From assembly GCF_000981445.1 (NCBI RefSeq), contig NC_027219.1, forward strand, positions 186,001-250,000: a stretch of DNA of 64,000 nt, in the 5' to 3' direction. Positions 59,703 through 64,000 of this stretch are shown piece by piece. The first letter of the stretch is position 1. Every line of letters starts with the position of its first letter. The notes beneath the pieces were generated by a model. The model saw only the letters and a list, made by a program, of their open reading frames with translations, had not been told where the DNA came from and made no database searches. Both the position numbers and the translations under genes were made by a program. This DNA comes from Babesia bigemina (lineage: Eukaryota).

Positions 59703-62700
59703 ATGTCAGACGACGTGGTAGACGGTACGCTTGGGCCGCTACTCGGCGTTGAAGACTGGATCGAATTCTTACGACACAGAGGTGAGCTGAATTATCACTT
59801 CCAAAGTGGACAATATGCGGAAGAAGCGTCGCTTTTGTTAAAAGGGGTTAATGGCGGTGTTGGGGCCGGTAAGGGCAATGGCAGAAGGTCCATCCGTAAA
59901 GGTCAACCACCTGCTCCTTCCGCCGACATATGCGAGGTACACAGAGATGCAGAGAAAAACGCAACAGAATACTCGGACAATTTGAATTCTGATAACGTCG
60001 ATGAGTGTCCTTCATCTAATGAAATATGCCTCGATCTACCGCTTCATCCCTTAGCGGAGGGTGATCGTCGACCTACTTTGGTCGAAGGTGATGAAGATGA
60101 TTCTGCATTCAAAAACACGAAGTACAATTCATTAGAGATTGGACTCGTCGATTCAAATGCGTCGCAATCCGGAGCCCCAGATGCTTCATACGGGCTGCAG
60201 GGCCCCAATAGTGATAGCGGCAGATCGAATTCTGCTGCCACACCCGTTGCGGAGATTGATGAGATGAACGCGCTGTATCCTTGGGGCGCATTAAATCGCG
60301 ATGTTCTCATTTCCGCACGAAATAGTGGCCTTGAACCAACCACGCTGGGGCACGTCCTCAAGAGACGCAACAAACTTTGGGCAAAGACTCAATGTATCCA
60401 CAAGAGTGCGAAGGCGGATTTCGAAAAGCATCTGCGCCTGTATCAGCGGCAGTTTGAGACGTACAGCAAATCTGGCGACGGGTGGGTAAACGTTAACGAC
60501 GACCGGAAGACAGATCCCATATTTTTGCGAGAATCCACGTACTTGACAGGTGCCCGTAATGTGCGAAAAGTGATGCGACAGGTCTCCGCTGACATGTCGA
60601 TGGGCGATGCTGATAGTTCAGAGGTGGTCAACGCAAAAGCCACCGGTGGTAGGTCGTCTCGTCATAAATGCAATGCACTGAAGGGTGTATACGACTGGAA
60701 CAACGTGATATTTTGTCCCAACATATTTGATTCTAGTGACCTTATACACAGACACGGACGTCGCACAGTTCGTCTCTATAAGAATTTATACGACTGCCTG
60801 GTCCATGGATGGGTGCATCCAGGTTTGGTTGTATGCGAGGTTAAGGATGCAACGCATCCTATTCGTTTTGCAACACCGACGGAACAGGACTGCTACACCG
60901 TAGTGTACGCGGGTCCGAGAATCCCTGAGCATTCTACACAGCGTGTTGTATTCGGGGAGTACACCGGTGTGATCTACAGGGAAGGATCCCTGTCAGACTC
61001 CGTTTTCGAGTATGCATTTGAACTAAACTTCGCACCATGTGCTTGGATAAATGCGGAAATTGAAATTTCAGAAGACACAGCTGAAATAGGACAAAACGGT
61101 GACTTGGTTTTGCTGCCCAGCAACGCAAAATTCGTACTGGACAGCAGCCACGCGTGCAATGAGCTGAGTTTGGTGAACCACTACCAGTCGGTAAAGGCGT
61201 ACGGTGGTGAGAAGTGGGTCGCTCCGAACTGTGAGTGGCAGCAGGTCTTCCTTGACGGGTGGCCGCACGTGGTGCTCACGTCCAAGTTGGGTGTGGCCGT
61301 CAATCCCGGTGACGAGCTAGTTGCTGATTTCGGAGCGTTGTGGTTTTCTAAAGTTGAGGAGAACGCCCACAAGTTCATTCGTAATGAAATCATAGAGTAT
61401 CGTCTGGGAAGGGCGACCGGCCCCCCAACTCAAAATCAAGTGGAAGTACCCCAACGCCCACTATCCAGTATTGACATAGGTTTAGTTTCCAATTCCATCG
61501 CTACATCAGTTCCAGTCTGTGTCATATGCCATAATATTGGTGACGATAACGGTGACCATTCTAGTCCTGATGAATCTGATTCGGTGTCATGCGACGGATG
61601 CGACCGCTTCTTCCACATGACCTGCTTGCGTAACATAAATTTGGTTTCCGCCGTACAAATGGTCAAGGACGGTATAGGCCACGCATGGTTGCCCTCAACA
61701 ACGTGCAAGGGAATTCCGCAAGGGTCAGGGAAGTTCTACTGCAATTTTTGCCGACATCTTGCGAAGAAGATTTATATGCATGACACTGGTTGCGACTACA
61801 TGCCGCTTTCCAGCGGTGTTAATGTCAACACGCAGAATGGGCTCACTGGCACGTTCGATTCACAGAATCATTTACAAAGGGATCACCAAGCGGAGAATAG
61901 AGACGCAAATCATGCAGATGAAACAACACGCAACACAAGTCTACCCACTGGAGATGACGTTATATCTGAGAACAATGGCAATTCAATGCACACCATTGTG
62001 CCCGACAAAACGTATCCAGTTCAGCAGGGCGATATTTTTCAGTTGTGTGAACGTCCAGATGGTGGTGAAGTCGTTGAGAGTGCGGCAACAAACGATGCGG
62101 TCATCTGTCCAACACGTTTTCCTTCGAGTAAACTTCGCCCCGAAGAAGAAACATACGTATGTAATTCAGGACCAAAGCTTTTGATGCAGCCGCTCAAAAC
62201 ACCATCAATGCATGATTTCGCGATTGCTAGTCAGTACAAGCTTCAGTTGCAAAGTGGCAATATACTTGGACAGAACAACAACAGATTGCCTGTGAAATCA
62301 ACAGGAACTTATGCATCAGATTTGCTTGGCGCATCCGAAAAGCGGTTAGACACCGATTGCAGCAGGCAGCGTCGTGTTTCGGGTGTCAGTGAGGGTGATG
62401 CGATGGGATTAAAGATAGCAGAAAAATGCGCGGATAGAACATCGTCTTCATTACAAGTTAATAAACCAAGCCACTGCCCAACGTGTTTAAGGCATTTCTC
62501 ACCACCGGAAAATATGGGGAAAGCGGTGCATGAAGGGCTTGACGCATCTTCACAACCCGTACCACCCTTATCAACATCCAAATGCGAAAATGGCGATGTT
62601 TCGCACCTGGAAGCGAATCTTCATTCTGGGAATGTTTCCAGTGCGGGCGATTTTTCAAACTTTGTTCCTCTGGTTGCTGGAGCAGCTGACAAAGAAGCCT

Positions 62701-64000
62701 TATCGAACACTGGACCGGACGCTGCCCCTGACGCTTTGGAGCAGGAGAAACCACTTGATACCGTAATATTGGACGCCGAACGTACAAACAATGCGGCGCC
62801 TTCGCACGATTCTATAGGTTCATTGCATCCCAGTTGCGATTCTGAAGCGCTGTCCTTTTCGCAGATGGAGGGCCATTCTGAAACAATGAAGGCCTTCCAG
62901 ACACCCACTGATTACCCAAGTACGTCGGATGTAAATATATTCGCTGGTGGTAGTATTTCAAACCAAATGCATTCGACAGCGAATACAGGAAGCGAAGAAT
63001 ATCCACATAACGCGCCATCCACAAACGCAGGAAAGGATCCAAAGGATGATAAAACAGATGAATCCGTTTTCAACTCAAAGAGCCCCGCTGGATGCAATGT
63101 CACAGCATCTGGTGATAAAGATTCCGCGAGCACCATGCCACTCCCTGGGGGGTCACCTGGCCGCGCTGAGACGCACATAACAACGGCCAACATCGACCGT
63201 GCAGTATATTTTTACAAGACTCTAGGGAATCAGATGAAGTTACCCCCGCTAACTGCGTTGTCTGAGTTTGACTGCTGTGCTCCGCAAGGTGACGATACTA
63301 CAATGGCGGATTATCTTGGGTGCAAGTATTTAGCTGGTATGTGGCAGATTGAACCATTTGCGATGTTTGGCGACAGCGTACGTGTCTGTGGCGAATGTTA
63401 CGAAAAGTACGGCTCGAAGGCAAATGTTTACGTCTGTCGCTTACTCCGGCGCCACTTATCTGGTAATTACGACCATCCGATGAACACTACGCCAGCGCAG
63501 ATGCGCGAGCTTGTGTTAATGGCCTACGAGCAGCACGTGCAGATGTTGCTGAGGCTGTTGGTGCTTAAAAACGTCGCAATCCAATTCATGTGCCGTTTGT
63601 GCTGTCATTTTGTAAGTCGTCAACTGTTTCACCAAAAACAAGATATCTTCCCGCCCTTACCGTTCCCGTCGCATTTCATGGGAGAGGATTCGGGTAATCC
63701 TGAAGGTGTCCTGGCTGATCCGTCAGGCTTGCTGAGTGGTGTAAGGACATCTGGCGCTCGTGCTATGAAAGCTAACCAAAAGAAGGTCTTGCAGTCGCAC
63801 CTGAGTTCGTTCGTAACGTCTGTAAAGAATGCGGTATGTAATTTACCGCTTAGCTCTAAATCCGACCCCGCGCTGAATTATGAGCTGCTGAGTGCAATGG
63901 GCGCGTTTAGTGATGAATTCTCTCGCCTGGCCAACTGCCAAAACATTGTGGAATACCTCAACGACCTCATGTCTCACAAGGTCTTGGACGCCGATAACAC
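59703..64000 (+). CDS. SET10: SET-domain + PHD-finger histone lysine methyltransferase, PfSET10-like; 3'-incomplete (absent from the ORF track because no stop falls in the window)
   Basis: FGEYTG, EYAF, NELSLVNHY, GWPHV, PGDELVADFG..WF (~60.8-61.35 kb); PHD CxxC...CDGCDRFFHxxC...FYCxFC (~61.52-61.76 kb). Confidence 0.85.
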   Translation, partial: MSDDVVDGTLGPLLGVEDWIEFLRHRGELNYHFQSGQYAEEASLLLKGVNGGVGAGKGNGRRSIRKGQPPAPSADICEVHRDAEKNATEYSDNLNSDNVDECPSSNEICLDLPLHPLAEGDRRPTLVEGDEDDSAFKNTKYNSLEIGLVDSNASQSGAPDASYGLQGPNSDSGRSNSAATPVAEIDEMNALYPWGALNRDVLISARNSGLEPTTLGHVLKRRNKLWAKTQCIHKSAKADFEKHLRLYQRQFETYSKSGDGWVNVNDDRKTDPIFLRESTYLTGARNVRKVMRQVSADMSMGDADSSEVVNAKATGGRSSRHKCNALKGVYDWNNVIFCPNIFDSSDLIHRHGRRTVRLYKNLYDCLVHGWVHPGLVVCEVKDATHPIRFATPTEQDCYTVVYAGPRIPEHSTQRVVFGEYTGVIYREGSLSDSVFEYAFELNFAPCAWINAEIEISEDTAEIGQNGDLVLLPSNAKFVLDSSHACNELSLVNHYQSVKAYGGEKWVAPNCEWQQVFLDGWPHVVLTSKLGVAVNPGDELVADFGALWFSKVEENAHKFIRNEIIEYRLGRATGPPTQNQVEVPQRPLSSIDIGLVSNSIATSVPVCVICHNIGDDNGDHSSPDESDSVSCDGCDRFFHMTCLRNINLVSAVQMVKDGIGHAWLPSTTCKGIPQGSGKFYCNFCRHLAKKIYMHDTGCDYMPLSSGVNVNTQNGLTGTFDSQNHLQRDHQAENRDANHADETTRNTSLPTGDDVISENNGNSMHTIVPDKTYPVQQGDIFQLCERPDGGEVVESAATNDAVICPTRFPSSKLRPEEETYVCNSGPKLLMQPLKTPSMHDFAIASQYKLQLQSGNILGQNNNRLPVKSTGTYASDLLGASEKRLDTDCSRQRRVSGVSEGDAMGLKIAEKCADRTSSSLQVNKPSHCPTCLRHFSPPENMGKAVHEGLDASSQPVPPLSTSKCENGDVSHLEANLHSGNVSSAGDFSNFVPLVAGAADKEALSNTGPDAAPDALEQEKPLDTVILDAERTNNAAPSHDSIGSLHPSCDSEALSFSQMEGHSETMKAFQTPTDYPSTSDVNIFAGGSISNQMHSTANTGSEEYPHNAPSTNAGKDPKDDKTDESVFNSKSPAGCNVTASGDKDSASTMPLPGGSPGRAETHITTANIDRAVYFYKTLGNQMKLPPLTALSEFDCCAPQGDDTTMADYLGCKYLAGMWQIEPFAMFGDSVRVCGECYEKYGSKANVYVCRLLRRHLSGNYDHPMNTTPAQMRELVLMAYEQHVQMLLRLLVLKNVAIQFMCRLCCHFVSRQLFHQKQDIFPPLPFPSHFMGEDSGNPEGVLADPSGLLSGVRTSGARAMKANQKKVLQSHLSSFVTSVKNAVCNLPLSSKSDPALNYELLSAMGAFSDEFSRLANCQNIVEYLNDLMSHKVLDADN

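Overview
Gene-dense eukaryotic DNA with very short (~35 nt) GT-AG introns. It is almost certainly a piroplasmid apicomplexan (Babesia; B. bigemina/B. ovata-like, inferred from the VESA-type 'SLT.AP.NLKEAIDW' gene and the s48/45-like fragment). Most of the window is core chromosome: soluble-type adenylyl cyclase, a 4-exon Cks1 missed by the ORF track, BCD1-like zf-HIT, COG3, polyprenyl synthase, formin, MCM7, gamma-tubulin, SerRS, RCL1, SDHA, bL27, DLD, and a SET+PHD (SET10-like) gene running off the right edge. An accessory island at ~7.0-14.0 kb holds a near-identical ~870-bp direct repeat (offset 4840) with a fold-back element and a leader-type intron. The island also has a repeat-rich ORF broken by one TGA, an intact VESA-like gene and a chimeric VESA relic. 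The best leads are: (i) a 1415-aa secreted protein in which plasmepsin-IX/X/ASP3-like sites alternate with cationic amphipathic helices; (ii) three unusually long introns (RCL1, SDHA, DLD) whose two ends are complementary; (iii) the duplicated leader module feeding two unrelated ORFs. All family calls come from motifs recognised by eye; no database searches or folding programs were run.
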